Positions 1 through 10,700 of a stretch of 64,000 bases of DNA are shown piece after piece (within the stretch, counting starts at the first letter, position 1; every line of letters begins with the position of its first letter). The stretch comes from Acidiferrobacterales bacterium (lineage in GTDB: Bacteria; Pseudomonadota; Gammaproteobacteria; Acidiferrobacterales; UBA6901), in the NCBI GenBank assembly GCA_036393295.1, contig DASWHF010000018.1, positions 2,634-66,633 of the forward strand, read 5' to 3'. The notes under the pieces were generated by a model. The model had not been told where the DNA came from and did no database searches. It saw nothing but the letters and a program-made list of their open reading frames with translations. Both the position numbers and the translations under genes were made by a program.

Positions 1-1
1 G

Positions 2-508
2 GCGCTGTTCGCCGAGATGTACGGCTTTCCGTTGACGATCTACCTGATGTCCGGCTGGCTGCAGAGCCGCTATCCCGGCGTGGACTGGCTGGCGCACGAC
101 TCCGGCCATCTTCTGGAGATGCTGTTCGGTTGGCGGACCAACCCGCACTTCGGACCGTTTCATCTGCTGAGCATGGTCTTCATCGGCGGCGGATTCATCC
201 TGCTCGCGAGCGCCTGGCGGGTGCTGTATGCGGCGCAGCGCGGCCACCGCCTGGCGACGACCGGGCCGTATGCCCGTATCCGGCACCCGCAGTACGTCGC
301 CTTCGTGTTCATCATGTTCGGATTCCTGCTGCAGTGGCCGACGCTGCTGACGCTGGCGATGTTTCCAGTGCTGACGTTCATGTACCTGCGCCTGGCGCGC
401 CGCGAAGAGCGCGAGGTGGCGGCCGAGTTCGGCGCGGCGTACCGCGAATACGCGGGACGCACACCGGCCTTTGTTCCGTGCCTCGGCGCAGGCCGGACCG
501 CGGCATGA
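2..508 (+). CDS. ICMT/PEMT-family membrane methyltransferase, 5' end outside window
   Basis: Frame of ORF 17..508 stays open to nt 2. Multi-TM protein. C-terminal RIRHPQYVAFV...EEREVAAEFGAAYREYAGRTPAFVP fits the isoprenylcysteine/phospholipid methyltransferase signature. Confidence 0.6.
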   Translation, partial: ALFAEMYGFPLTIYLMSGWLQSRYPGVDWLAHDSGHLLEMLFGWRTNPHFGPFHLLSMVFIGGGFILLASAWRVLYAAQRGHRLATTGPYARIRHPQYVAFVFIMFGFLLQWPTLLTLAMFPVLTFMYLRLARREEREVAAEFGAAYREYAGRTPAFVPCLGAGRTAA

Positions 509-638
509 CTGCGGCGCAAGGGATATTGGATGCATTGTCATTCACGAAAGGCGACCCGGCTCTCCGGTACACGTGGCCGGAGGTGGGTCAACTCTTGGAT
601 ATCGGTTTACCGCGTCATGAAGCGGTTATCACTCGGTC

Positions 639-1886
639 TTGCGACCCTCCTGGTTCGTGGTCGCGATGGGGTACGGCGTGGTGTTGCCGGTGCCGCCCTT
701 TTCTCTTGCGCGGATGCTGGAGCAGCCGTCGAATGCGGCCGTCGCCTGGCATACCGGCCCGCTCACCGGCGTTTACCTGCTGGCGCTGTTTGTGTCCGCG
801 CCGGTTTGGGGCAGGATTTCCGACCGCCTCGGCCGGCGGAAAGTGCTCTTGTTCGGACTCGCCGGCTTCAGCGGCGCCATGCTCGCATTTGCGCTTTTGC
901 CGGGTCTCGAGTTCGCGTACGGCGCACGTGCGTTGGCCGGCGTATTCGCCGCGGCGGTGATTCCCACGGTATTCGCCTTGACCGGCGATCGCCAGGCGCG
1001 GAGCGAACGCGCGCAGACCTTTGCCTGGCTGTATGCGGCGAACGCGCTCGGCTTCCTGTCCGGCCCGGCGTTGAGCGCCGGGTTGGTGCCCAACGACCCG
1101 CTTAGCGCGGCGCCCACGGTCGCCGCCGACACGCTTGCGTGGCCGTTCTATGTCGTGGCCTTGCTGGGTGAGTCCGTGTGGTATGGCGCCTTCCGCGGGC
1201 TGCCGCAACCGCGCCTGCGGCGCTCCAGCGCGCACGCGCCGCGACCCGCCACGCCATCGCTTCCTGGCCTGTTGGCATTGTCGCTGCTGGTGATGTTCGG
1301 TTTGGGCAGTTTCGAAGTGGCGATCGCCTTGCAGGGGCGGCAGGTGTTGAATCTCGGTCCACGCGAGATCGGGATCATGTTCGCCGAGTGCAGCCTGATT
1401 ATGGTCCTCGCGCAGGTCTTCGTGCTCGCTCCGCTCATCAGGCGTACCGGCGGCCGGGCGCTGCTTGTGCCGGCCCTGCTCGCGATGACCATCGGCCTCG
1501 TGTTGCTGCCATTCTCCGTGCGCTATGACGCGCTGCTGCTGGCGGTGGCCTTGATCGCCGGGGTGACCGGTCTTCTGATCCCGGCGTTGGCCTACCTGGT
1601 GTCGCTCGCCGCCGGTGCGGGGCAGGGTGCCACCTTCGGTCTCCAGACCGCGGTCGCGAGTCTCGGCCAGGGTGTGGGCTCGGTCGCCGCCGGCTGGCTG
1701 TTCACGTTGTCCGTGAAGGCGCCGTTCTGGATCACCGCCGGTCTGCTCGAGGGGTCGCTCGATCGGGCGCTGCTGGCCCAGGCCCAGGCGCTCGGGGTCG
1801 AGGTCCGGTTCAACAGCCGGATGGAGCGCATCGCGGGGCAGGGCGTGCTCGCGGTCGGCCCGCGCGCGGCGGACGCGGCACGGTGA
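639..1886 (+). CDS. MFS transporter (~370 aa of transporter) whose frame runs on into an oxidoreductase fragment
   Basis: TTG-start ORF. Hydrophobic repeats with the MFS loop motif GRISDRLGRRKVLL. From about nt 1749 the sequence changes character to LDRALLAQAQALGVEVRFNSRMERIAGQG, which is soluble FAD-enzyme-like. Confidence 0.6.
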   Translation: MRPSWFVVAMGYGVVLPVPPFSLARMLEQPSNAAVAWHTGPLTGVYLLALFVSAPVWGRISDRLGRRKVLLFGLAGFSGAMLAFALLPGLEFAYGARALAGVFAAAVIPTVFALTGDRQARSERAQTFAWLYAANALGFLSGPALSAGLVPNDPLSAAPTVAADTLAWPFYVVALLGESVWYGAFRGLPQPRLRRSSAHAPRPATPSLPGLLALSLLVMFGLGSFEVAIALQGRQVLNLGPREIGIMFAECSLIMVLAQVFVLAPLIRRTGGRALLVPALLAMTIGLVLLPFSVRYDALLLAVALIAGVTGLLIPALAYLVSLAAGAGQGATFGLQTAVASLGQGVGSVAAGWLFTLSVKAPFWITAGLLEGSLDRALLAQAQALGVEVRFNSRMERIAGQGVLAVGPRAADAAR

Positions 1887-2440
1887 AGAGCTGCATGTTC
1901 ACCGGGTTCAAGCAGGAACGGCAATACGTGCAGCGCACCGTCTCCGCGTTCGAGCATCTGGTTGGACTGCGGATGCGCAATGCCCGAGCGCACGGCGGTG
2001 TCGGCAATCTGCGGCTGCCGGTCACCGCCCTGTCCGGCGGGCACCCGGTGGCCGGCGAGCAGGCCGGTTTCCAGGATGCGTTGTGGGGGTTCGGCATGCG
2101 TTACGCCCTGGCCTCGGGGGTGCTCGCGGCACGCAGCATGCTCGGCGGCGGCGACTACGATCGCGCCTGGCGCCGCGCGTTCGGCGCCACCCAGTCGGCC
2201 TCGATCGTGAATCGTGCCATCTTCGGCAGGCTGGGCAATCGCGGCTATCGATGGCTGCTGCGGATGCAGGGGCGCCACGGCGATGCGCGGGCGTTGCTGC
2301 ACCGCATCTATCGGCCCACGCTATTCAGGCGCTTGCTGCTGCCCTGGGCGCGGTGGACCTACCGGAGTCGACGGCAGGACGCGAGTTGCGACCACATCGA
2401 TTGCGAATGTATTTGGTGTCGAATGGGAGGCCATGCGTGA
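1749..2440 (+). pseudogene. FAD-dependent oxidoreductase (geranylgeranyl-reductase-like) remnant lacking its N-terminal FAD-binding domain
   Basis: The tail of ORF 639..1886 plus ORF 1883..2440 (GHPVAGEQAGFQDALWGFGMRYALASGVLAARSML) resembles the middle and C-terminal parts of the family. No GxGxxG N-terminus is present. The frame changes near 1880. Confidence 0.5.
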
Positions 2441-3112
2441 GCGGCGACGCATTGTGCCCGGTGCTGTGGACCGGCCAGGAAACCTGCCACGACAGGCAAG
2501 GCCAGGAAATCGCCTGCGCCGGCAGCGGTCAGGATGCCGAAACCCGGCGCGGTCGCAACTGGCCGGCACCGCGTTTCGAAGTGAAGGGCAACACGGTGCT
2601 GGACCGGCTCACCGGACTGGTATGGAGCCGCAACGCGAATCTGGCCGAGTATCCGCTGAATTGGCGTGAGGCCCTCGACTTTGTCGCCGAGCTCAATCGG
2701 CGCGCGGCATTCGGGGTATCCGATTGGCGCCTGCCGAACTGGCGCGAACTGCGATCGCCTCACCGGGCTGTACTGGCGCTCCGAGGCGGAGCTCGGCGGG
2801 GCAGTCTCCTGGGAGGCGGCGCTGACGGCCGTCCAGGCGCTCAACAGACGTTTCGCCGAGCCGGGCTGGCGACTACCCACCATCACGGAGCTCGAGTCGC
2901 TGGCCGATTGCTCGATCCACACTCCGGCGCTACCGTTACACCATCCGTTCCGGAGCGTACAGGACGTCTATTGGTCCTCGACCACCAGCCTCTACGAACC
3001 AGACTGGGCCTGGGCCCTGTATCTCGACAAAGGGGCGGTCGGCGTCGGGCAGAAGCGGCAGGTGCGGTTTCACGTTTGGGCGATGAGCCAACAGCTGCCG
3101 CGTGAGCGATAG
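2407..3112 (+). pseudogene. DUF1566 (Lcl C-terminal domain) protein, frameshifted/rearranged near 2755
   Basis: Frame 1 from ATG 2407 reads CPVLWTGQETCHDRQGQEIACAGSGQDAE...RFEVKGNTVLDRLTGLVWSRNA...DWRLPNWRELRS. Frame 2 continues LTGLYWRSEAELGGAVSWEAAL...GWRLPTITELESLAD...VYWSSTT...AWALYLDKGAVG. Confidence 0.55.
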
Positions 3113-3129
3113 GAGGTATTGGGCAGGGT

Positions 3130-4266
3130 GTGGACATGTTCCAGTTGATCTATCGTCAGGTGACCTACGACCGCATCCGCGTGTTGCTGACCTGTGGCAC
3201 GATCGCGGCCGTGGTGGCGGTGATCCTGACGCTCGAAGGCTTCCGCGAGGGCTTGTATGCGCAGCTGCGTGCGGCGGTGCTGGAGCGCGGTGCCGATCTG
3301 GTGCTGACCCAGACCGGTGTTGCGAACATGATGGCGGCACGCTCGGTCATCCCGCAGCTGGCGCGCGCCCAGGTCGAGGCGGTCGATGGCGTCGACCAGG
3401 CCTATCCCATGACCACCCTGCCGGTGATTTTCGACCATGCGGGACGCCGCACGCCGGTCTTTCTGCTGGTCTACGATGTCGCCGGCGGCCCGTCACGCCT
3501 GATCGAGGGCGCGCGCATTTCGGCACGGCGGCAGATCGTAATCGACGAATCGTTGGCGGACCGTTACGCCCTGAAGCCCGGCGACGATTTCGAGATCTCC
3601 GGGTTTCGGTTCTCGATCGCCGGTGTGTCGATCGGCACGGCGGCGATGTTCACACCGTTCGCGTTCATCACTTATGACGACCTGATCGATTTCTATCTCG
3701 AATCCGAGCTGGTCGCCGACATCACGACTTTTCCGCTGCTGAGCTTCCTGCTCGTCGAGCTGCGCCCCGGCGCCGACATCGCACGCGTGGCGCAGGCGAT
3801 AGAGTCAAAGGTCGCATCGGTCGATGTCTTCCAGCCGGCGGCACTCGCCACCAATGACGAGAACCTCGGCCGCGCGCTGTTCGGGCCGATCCTGGGATTT
3901 CTCGTGGCCATCGGCTATGTCATCGGCGTGCTGGTGGTCGGCATCTTCATGTTCGCGGCGGTCAACGCCCGCATCCGGGGCATTGGCGTGATGCGCGCGC
4001 TCGGCATCACCCAGCTTGAGCTGGCGCGCCTGGTGGTCGCGGAGGCGGTGCTGCTGATGTTGCTGGCCCTGCCGGTCGGCGTGATCCTGGCCCAGGGCCT
4101 GGCGGCGCTCATTCAATGGATGTCGCCGCTGTACCGGGTATTGCCGGTCGAGTCCGTGCCGTTGGCGCGCACCGCGGTCGCGGCCCTGGGGTTCGCGCTG
4201 CTCGGCTCGCTGTTGCCGGTGCGCGCCACCGCCATGCTGGATCCCGGCATCGTGTTCCGGAGCTGA
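3130..4266 (+). CDS. ABC transporter permease, FtsX/MacB-like
   Basis: N-terminal TM, then a ~230-aa extracytoplasmic domain, then three C-terminal TMs with the FtsX-like segment RALGITQLELARLVVAEAVLLML. Confidence 0.7.
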   Translation: MDMFQLIYRQVTYDRIRVLLTCGTIAAVVAVILTLEGFREGLYAQLRAAVLERGADLVLTQTGVANMMAARSVIPQLARAQVEAVDGVDQAYPMTTLPVIFDHAGRRTPVFLLVYDVAGGPSRLIEGARISARRQIVIDESLADRYALKPGDDFEISGFRFSIAGVSIGTAAMFTPFAFITYDDLIDFYLESELVADITTFPLLSFLLVELRPGADIARVAQAIESKVASVDVFQPAALATNDENLGRALFGPILGFLVAIGYVIGVLVVGIFMFAAVNARIRGIGVMRALGITQLELARLVVAEAVLLMLLALPVGVILAQGLAALIQWMSPLYRVLPVESVPLARTAVAALGFALLGSLLPVRATAMLDPGIVFRS

Positions 4267-4267
4267 T

Positions 4268-4597
4268 ATGTGGCGCTGGACGTGGAAGAGTCTGCTCGAC
4301 GAACCGCTCGGCCTGCTGGGCAGCGCGGCCGGCGTGGCGAGCGCCTTTGTGCTGGTGATCTTCTTCGAAGGATTGTTTGCCGGCGAGTCCGGCCAGATCG
4401 TGTCCTATCTGCGTCACGCTGGTGCGGACGTGTGGGTCGCGCAGCCCGGTGTGTCCAACATGCACATGGCCAGCTCCTTTGTTCCGGACTGGAAGCAGGC
4501 GCAGATCGAGCGCATCCCGGGTGTGCGACGTGTCACCCCGACCCAGAGAAGGGAGATGGCGATGAAAACCGCTGCAGCGACGGCAAGCTGTCGCTAA
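4268..4597 (+). pseudogene. Truncated paralogous FtsX-type permease (N-terminal ~91 aa only)
   Basis: MWRWTWKSLLDEPLGLLGSAAGVASAFVLVIFFEGLFAGESGQIVSYLRHAGADVWVAQPGVSNMH parallels the N-terminus of the upstream permease. Similarity stops near nt 4541 and the ORF ends in unrelated residues. Confidence 0.55.
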
Positions 4598-5106
4598 CCG
4601 CGGTTCCTGGCAGTCTGACGGCTTGTGCGCTTTACGCGCTGGCGCGGGCTTTGGTCGATGGTCTCGATGATCGGACAACCCTCCGCGGTCGCCCGGCAGA
4701 GATTGAGCAGGAGCTGCAGTTCATTCCGCAGCGTCGTGATCTCTTTCAGGCGCGCCTGGACCTCTTCAAGCTTCGCGGCGGTGAGCGCGCGCACGCCCCG
4801 GCGGGCGCGTTGCGGGTCCTCGCGCATCGTCAGCAGCTTGCCGATCTCCGCCAGGCTGAAGTTCATGGTCTGTGCGCGTTGAATGAACTTGAGGCGCGAG
4901 ATGTCGCGCTCCGTGTACAAACGGATCCCCGAGGACAGACGGTTCACCCGCGGCAGCAGGCCGAGCTTTTCGTAATAGCGCAGGGTGTCGGCCGACAGTC
5001 CCGTCAGGCGACTGACGTCGCCGATGCGATAACGGGTCTTGCCGTCCGGCGCTGCCCGCCCGCGCGCCGGCGCGCGATCAATAGCGGATGATGAAGAAGT
5101 ACTCAT
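4594..5106 (-). CDS. MerR-family metal-sensing transcriptional regulator (ZntR-like N-terminus, CueR-like C-x6-CPIIE metal loop)
   Basis: YRIGDVSRLTGLSADTLRYYEKLGLL...RLYTERDISRLKFIQRAQTMNFSLAEIGKLL is the HTH and dimerisation helix. The C-terminus reads LCRATAEGCPIIETI. The start overlaps the upstream gene's 3' end by 29 nt. Confidence 0.8.
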   Translation of the reverse strand: MSTSSSSAIDRAPARGRAAPDGKTRYRIGDVSRLTGLSADTLRYYEKLGLLPRVNRLSSGIRLYTERDISRLKFIQRAQTMNFSLAEIGKLLTMREDPQRARRGVRALTAAKLEEVQARLKEITTLRNELQLLLNLCRATAEGCPIIETIDQSPRQRVKRTSRQTARNRG

Positions 5107-6382
5107 TGAGCAAATACGCTCCCGTGATGACCAGCGTCACGCCCGCCGCGATCTCAACCGCCTTCTGATGGCGCGACAGCACCTGCAAGGATTCCAGCCA
5201 GCCCATGCTCCATGCGCCCAGCAGGATCGGAATACTGCGCCCGAGCGCGAAGGCGAGCAACAGCGCAAAACCGAAGGACACCGATCCGATTCCGGCGCTG
5301 GCGGTGAGCGCCACCAACAGGGCCGGGGTGCAGAACGGACAGACGGCGACCGTGAACGGAATCCCGAGCAGGAACGCGCCCCAGGCCCCGGTGGCCCGTT
5401 TGGCCGGCAGCGACACCCACGGCAGCCGCAGCGTGAGCCAGCCCGGCCAGAGCAGACCGAGCAGGATCAACACGGGCCCGAGAAGCAGGCCCCAGTGCCG
5501 GCCCAGGGCGCGCTGCACCCAGTCTCCGCCCAGCGCCGCGGCGATTCCCAGCGCCACGTGGGTGGCGATCATGCCGGCGACGAAGGCGCCGCCCAGCAGC
5601 ACCGCGCGGCGCTCCCCGCGGGACCGCGTCACATAGGCCAGGACCACCGGTATGGACGCGAACGACACCGGGTTGAAGCTGAACACGAAGCCGGCGAGGA
5701 AGCCGAGCCCGACGCCCAACAGGCTCGCTTCCTGCAAGGCCGCGCGCAGCGTGCCCGGGGTGACATCGAGCGCCGCGACCAGCAGGTACAAGGCCGCCCC
5801 GACCAGCAGCGCCGCCGTCAGATACGGGCTGGCCTTGGCCGCGCGCGCGAGCAGCTCGCGGCCCGCGGAATCCACGCCGCGGAACGACGCGAACACCATG
5901 GGCAGGGTGAACAGGGTGGCGAACAGGAATCCGGCCGCGGCGGCGAGCGCGAGGGAATCGACCGTTGCGGCGACGCCCGCGACCACGGCGAACAACGGCA
6001 GCGTGCATGCCGGCAAGGTCAGGCCCAGGCGCAGCGCATCCGCCAGCCGGTCGCCGCCGGGGAGGACGCGATGGAACTCCAGGTGCGGCACCGGAAGGTA
6101 GGCGAAGCGCGACACGAGGTAGACGGTGGCCATCGCGGCCAGGATCACGCTCGGGACATAGGCACCCCAGGCCGGCACGGGGGCGAGCGCCACGATCAGC
6201 ATCAGCAGCCCGATGCACAACGCGCTTCGGGCGAGCCACACCGACAGCAGACCCGCGCAGCACCGGGTGCGTGGCAGTCTGTGTGAGCGCACCGAGAACA
6301 GCGTGTGGGTGGCGACGGTGCACGGCTCGAAGAACGCCAGCGCGCCGAGCAGGCCCGCGGTCGTCAGGAGCAGGGCGCTCAT
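5078..6382 (-). CDS. CcdA/DsbD-family thiol-disulfide transmembrane protein, apparent tandem duplication of the domain
   Basis: Start MSALLLTTAGLL at 6382 forms an ATGA overlap with the thioredoxin gene's stop. About 12 predicted TMs. Cys motifs are FEPCTVA and LPACTLP in the first half and VAVCPFCTPALL in the second. The rest of track ORF 5078..6883 is upstream read-through. Confidence 0.7.
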   Translation of the reverse strand: MSALLLTTAGLLGALAFFEPCTVATHTLFSVRSHRLPRTRCCAGLLSVWLARSALCIGLLMLIVALAPVPAWGAYVPSVILAAMATVYLVSRFAYLPVPHLEFHRVLPGGDRLADALRLGLTLPACTLPLFAVVAGVAATVDSLALAAAAGFLFATLFTLPMVFASFRGVDSAGRELLARAAKASPYLTAALLVGAALYLLVAALDVTPGTLRAALQEASLLGVGLGFLAGFVFSFNPVSFASIPVVLAYVTRSRGERRAVLLGGAFVAGMIATHVALGIAAALGGDWVQRALGRHWGLLLGPVLILLGLLWPGWLTLRLPWVSLPAKRATGAWGAFLLGIPFTVAVCPFCTPALLVALTASAGIGSVSFGFALLLAFALGRSIPILLGAWSMGWLESLQVLSRHQKAVEIAAGVTLVITGAYLLNEYFFIIRY

Positions 6383-6663
6383 GCGCCGGCCCCCGGCGGA
6401 GCGGCGTCCAGCCGCGCCCTCAGCAGCTTGCGCAGCCGGTTCGTCGACGGCAGCCCCGCGAACACCAGCTCTCCGTCGATCGCGATCGCCGGGGTCGTCA
6501 ACACGCCCAGTTCGACGGCGTGGTCGATCTCTTCCAGCACGTTGACCTCGCGCCAGTCGATGCGGCCGCCGCCGACCTCTTCGGCGATCCGGCGCAGGAG
6601 CGCTTTCGCGTGGCCGCACTTGCTGCAGCCCGGAGAGGAGAATACTTCCACCTTGATGGCCAT
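6379..6663 (-). CDS. Thioredoxin-fold (glutaredoxin-like) small protein
   Basis: MAIKVEVFSSPGCSKCGHAK... has a CxxC motif at the N-terminus of a ~90-aa thioredoxin-like fold. GGAG lies 9 nt upstream of the ATG. Confidence 0.7.
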   Translation of the reverse strand: MAIKVEVFSSPGCSKCGHAKALLRRIAEEVGGGRIDWREVNVLEEIDHAVELGVLTTPAIAIDGELVFAGLPSTNRLRKLLRARLDAAPPGAGA

Positions 6664-6710
6664 GACTGTTCGACTCCGCTATTAGAAATGCATTCGCGTG
6701 CTCAGGCGGA

Positions 6711-6741
6711 AGTCTACAACCTGGAGCCGACTCCAGGTAAA
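6711..6741 (-). promoter_or_regulatory. MerR-type long-spacer promoter/operator for the trx-ccdA-regulator operon
   Basis: The minus strand reads CTTTACCTGGAGTCGGCTCCAGGTTGTAGACT. The -35 and -10 (TAGACT) are separated by 19-20 bp containing the perfect 8-bp dyad ACCTGGAG-N4-CTCCAGGT. It closely resembles my memory of the E. coli zntA operator (CTGGAGTCGACTCCAG). Confidence 0.5.
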
Positions 6742-6775
6742 GCCCGGTGTCCGGCCGGCCGTGCCGCAATAAGGC

Positions 6776-7343
<568 letters not shown>

Positions 7344-7412
7344 GCGCGGCGGCCTGCCCGGGCCGCGTCGCACCGTCCTCGATGTGGAGATCAACGCAAG
7401 ACGAACTGCGAG

Positions 7413-7721
7413 TCACAGCCTGCCGTATTCCGCGACCGGCGTGACCCAGTAGACTCCGCGACCCGTTACCCCGCTGCGGCCCGCGCGCAGCGCCTTCAGC
7501 ACCGCCGCGACGTCGCCGTCGTCCAGCACCAGGTCGACGCGCACGTGCGGCGTATAGCCGACCACGCGGTCGCGCGCCGAGAGCTTGGGGTCGCGCTCGT
7601 CCTGTGTGCCGTGGCCCTCGACCGGCGTGAAGGTGAAGCCGTTGATCCGGTCCAGCCCGCGCAGCAGGTCGGCGAGCGCCAGTTGACGGTCGGCGTTGAC
7701 GATGAGTGTCAGCTTTTTCAT
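7413..7721 (-). CDS. Small DUF3240/PII-like protein commonly found downstream of czcA-type genes
   Basis: 102 aa starting MKKLTLIVNADRQLALADLLRGL.... The start overlaps the czcA stop by 4 nt. The family assignment is from memory only. Confidence 0.5.
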   Translation of the reverse strand: MKKLTLIVNADRQLALADLLRGLDRINGFTFTPVEGHGTQDERDPKLSARDRVVGYTPHVRVDLVLDDGDVAAVLKALRAGRSGVTGRGVYWVTPVAEYGRL

Positions 7722-10700
7722 GGCGTGTCTCCGGAAGTGCGTCGCGACGGCCGCTCGGCGCGCGACATCAGCCAGGCGTAGAGAGTCGGAAGCAAAAGCA
7801 GGGTGAGCGCGGTCGACGTGACCAGGCCGCCGATCACCACCACCGCCAGCGGTCGCTGCAGCTCCGAGCCGGGGCCGGTGGCGAGCAGCATCGGCACCAG
7901 GCCGAGCGAGGCGATGAGGGCGGTCATGAGCACCGGACGCAGCCGGCGCTCGGCGCCTTCCTGCACCGCCTGGAGCACGCTGCGCCCGGCGTCGCGCAGT
8001 TGATTGAAATACGCGACCATCACCACGCCGTTCAGCACCGCCACCCCGAACAGGGCGGTGAAGCCGACCGAGGCCGGCACCGAGAGGTACAGCCCCGACG
8101 CGTACAGGCTGAGCACGCCGCCGATCAGCGCGAACGGAATGTTCAGCAGGATCAGCCCGGCCTGGGACAGGGAGCGAAAGGTGGTGAACAACAGCGCGAA
8201 GATCAGCGCGATCGATACCGGCACCACCAGCCCGAGGCGCGCCGCGGCGCGCTGCTGGTTCTCGAACTGCCCGCCGTACTCCAGGTAGTATCCCCGCGGA
8301 AGCCCGATCTCGCGCGCGATCGCCGCCCGCACGTCGGCGACGAATCCCACCACGTCTCTCCCCTCCACGTTGACCTGCACGACCGCCAGCCGCTTGCCGG
8401 CCTCGCGCGTGATCTGCACCGGCCCGTCCACCTCGCGGACATCGGCCAGCAGCGCGAGCGGCACCTTGGCGCCGCCCGGCGCCTCGACCGGCAGGCGGGC
8501 GAGGGCCGCCGGTGTGGTGCGCGCCGCTTCCGGGAATCGCAGCAGCACGCCGGTGCGGCGCGCCGGCTCGACCACCTCGGTGACGACGCGGCCGCCGACC
8601 GCGGTCTCGACCAGCCGGTTGATGTCCTCGGCCCGTATCCCGTAACGCGCGATCCGCGCCGCGCGGATCTCGATCTGGAGATAGCGCTGGCCGAGCAGCG
8701 GCGGGCGCACGATGTCGACCGCGCCGCGCACCTTGCTGGCCATCTGCTCGATGCGCTTCGACACGGTCTCCAACACCGCCAGATCGTCGCCGTAGAGCTT
8801 GATGGCGAGCGCCGCGCGCACGCCCGACAGCATCTCGGAGACGCGCATGTCGATCGGCTGAGTGAACGCCAGCTCGATGCCGTCGAATGGTTCGATCTGG
8901 GCGCGCAGCGCCTCCTGGAACTCGCCAAGACTGCGCGTCCATTCGGCGCGCGGCCGGGTCTGGATGAAATTGTCGGTCTGGTAGAGGCCCATCGGATCGA
9001 GCCGCAGTTCGTCGGCGCCGGTGCGCGACACCACGCCCGTGACCTCGGGCAACGCCATCATCGCCCGATGATAAACCGCGTCCGCGTCGAGCGAGGCCTC
9101 CAGGGTGATGTCCGGCTGTTTCTCAATAATGATCACGGTCGTGCCTTCGTCCATGACCGGCATGAACTCGCGCCCGATGAACGGGAACAACGCGGCCGCC
9201 AGCGCGAGCGCCGCCAGCGCGCCGCCGATCGCGGTTCGGCGGTGCCGGAGCGCCCAGCGCATGGCCGGCAGGTAGACGCGCTTGAGCGCGGCCAGCACCC
9301 GGTCCTCGCGATGGTGCCCTGTGCCCCGCATCAGCAGGCTGGCGAGCACCGGGATGACGGTGAGCGACAGCAGCAGCGACCCGGTCAGCGCCAGGCAGAG
9401 GGTGAGCGCGAGCGGCCCGAACATCTTGCCCTCGAGCCCGCTCAGTGCGAACAGCGGCAGGAACACGATGACGATGATCAGTATGCCCGCCAGCACCGGC
9501 ACGCCGACCTCGCTGGCGGCGCGATAGACCAGGTGCAGCCGGCCGACGCCCTTCGGCGCCTGCGCGAGCTGGGTGTGGATGTTCTCGACCACCACGACGG
9601 CCGCGTCGACCAGCAGGCCGATGGCGATGGCCAGCCCGCCGAGCGACATGAGATTCGCCGAAATGCCGAACAGCCGCATCATCAGGAAGGTGAACAGCAC
9701 CGACAACGGCAGGATCAGGGCCACGGTCAGCGCCGCGCGCAGGTTGCCGAGCAGCACGACGAGCACGATCAGCACCAGCACTACCGCCTCGCCCAGCACA
9801 GTCTCGACGGTGCGGACGGCCGACTCGATGAGCTCGGCGCGATCGTAGAACGGTACGATACGCACGCCTTCTGGCAGCGCCGGCGCGAGCGCCGCCAGCT
9901 CGCGCTTCACGCCCTCGACGGTTGCGCGTCCGTTCGCGCCCTTGCGCAGCAGCACCAGGCCGGTCGTGACCTCGCCCCGGGCATCGGCGGTCACGGCGCC
10001 GTAGCGGGTGAGGGCGCCGAGGCGCACGTCCGCGACGTCGCGCACCAGGACGGGCGCGCCGGCGCGCGTCGCCACCACCACCCGGCCGATGTCGTCCGGG
10101 TTGCGCAGCACGCCGACGGTGCGCACCAGCAGCGTCCGGTCGGCGCGATTGATGCGGTCGCCGCCGGCATTGCGGTTGCTTTCCGCGAGCGCCCGTTCGA
10201 GATCGTCGAGGCCGAGGCCGTGGCGGGCCAGTCGTTCCGGCTGCGCCCGGACCTCGAAGGCGCGCACCTCGCCGCCGAGCGAGTTCACGTCGGCGACGCC
10301 CGCCACGGCGCGCAGCCGTGGGCGGATCACCCAATCCTGGAGCGTGCGGCGTTCGGCGTTGCTCAGGGCACCGCCCTCGATGCGATACATGTAGATCTCG
10401 CCCAAGGGTGTGGTGATCGGCGCCAGCACCGGTTCGACCTCACCCGGCAGGGCGTCGCGCACTTGGCTCAGGCGCTCGGCCACCTGCTGGCGCGCCCAGT
10501 AGATGTCGGTGCCGTCCTCGAACCAGACGGTCACCAGGCCGAGCGCGTACTTGTTGAGCGAGCGCAACGCGGTCTGGCGCGGCAGGCCCTGCATTTCCAG
10601 CTCGATCGGGAAGGTGATGCGTTGCTCGACCTCTTCGGGCGTCATGCCCGGCGCCTTGATGGTGATCTGCACCTGCGGGGTGTAGATGTCGGGGAAGGCG

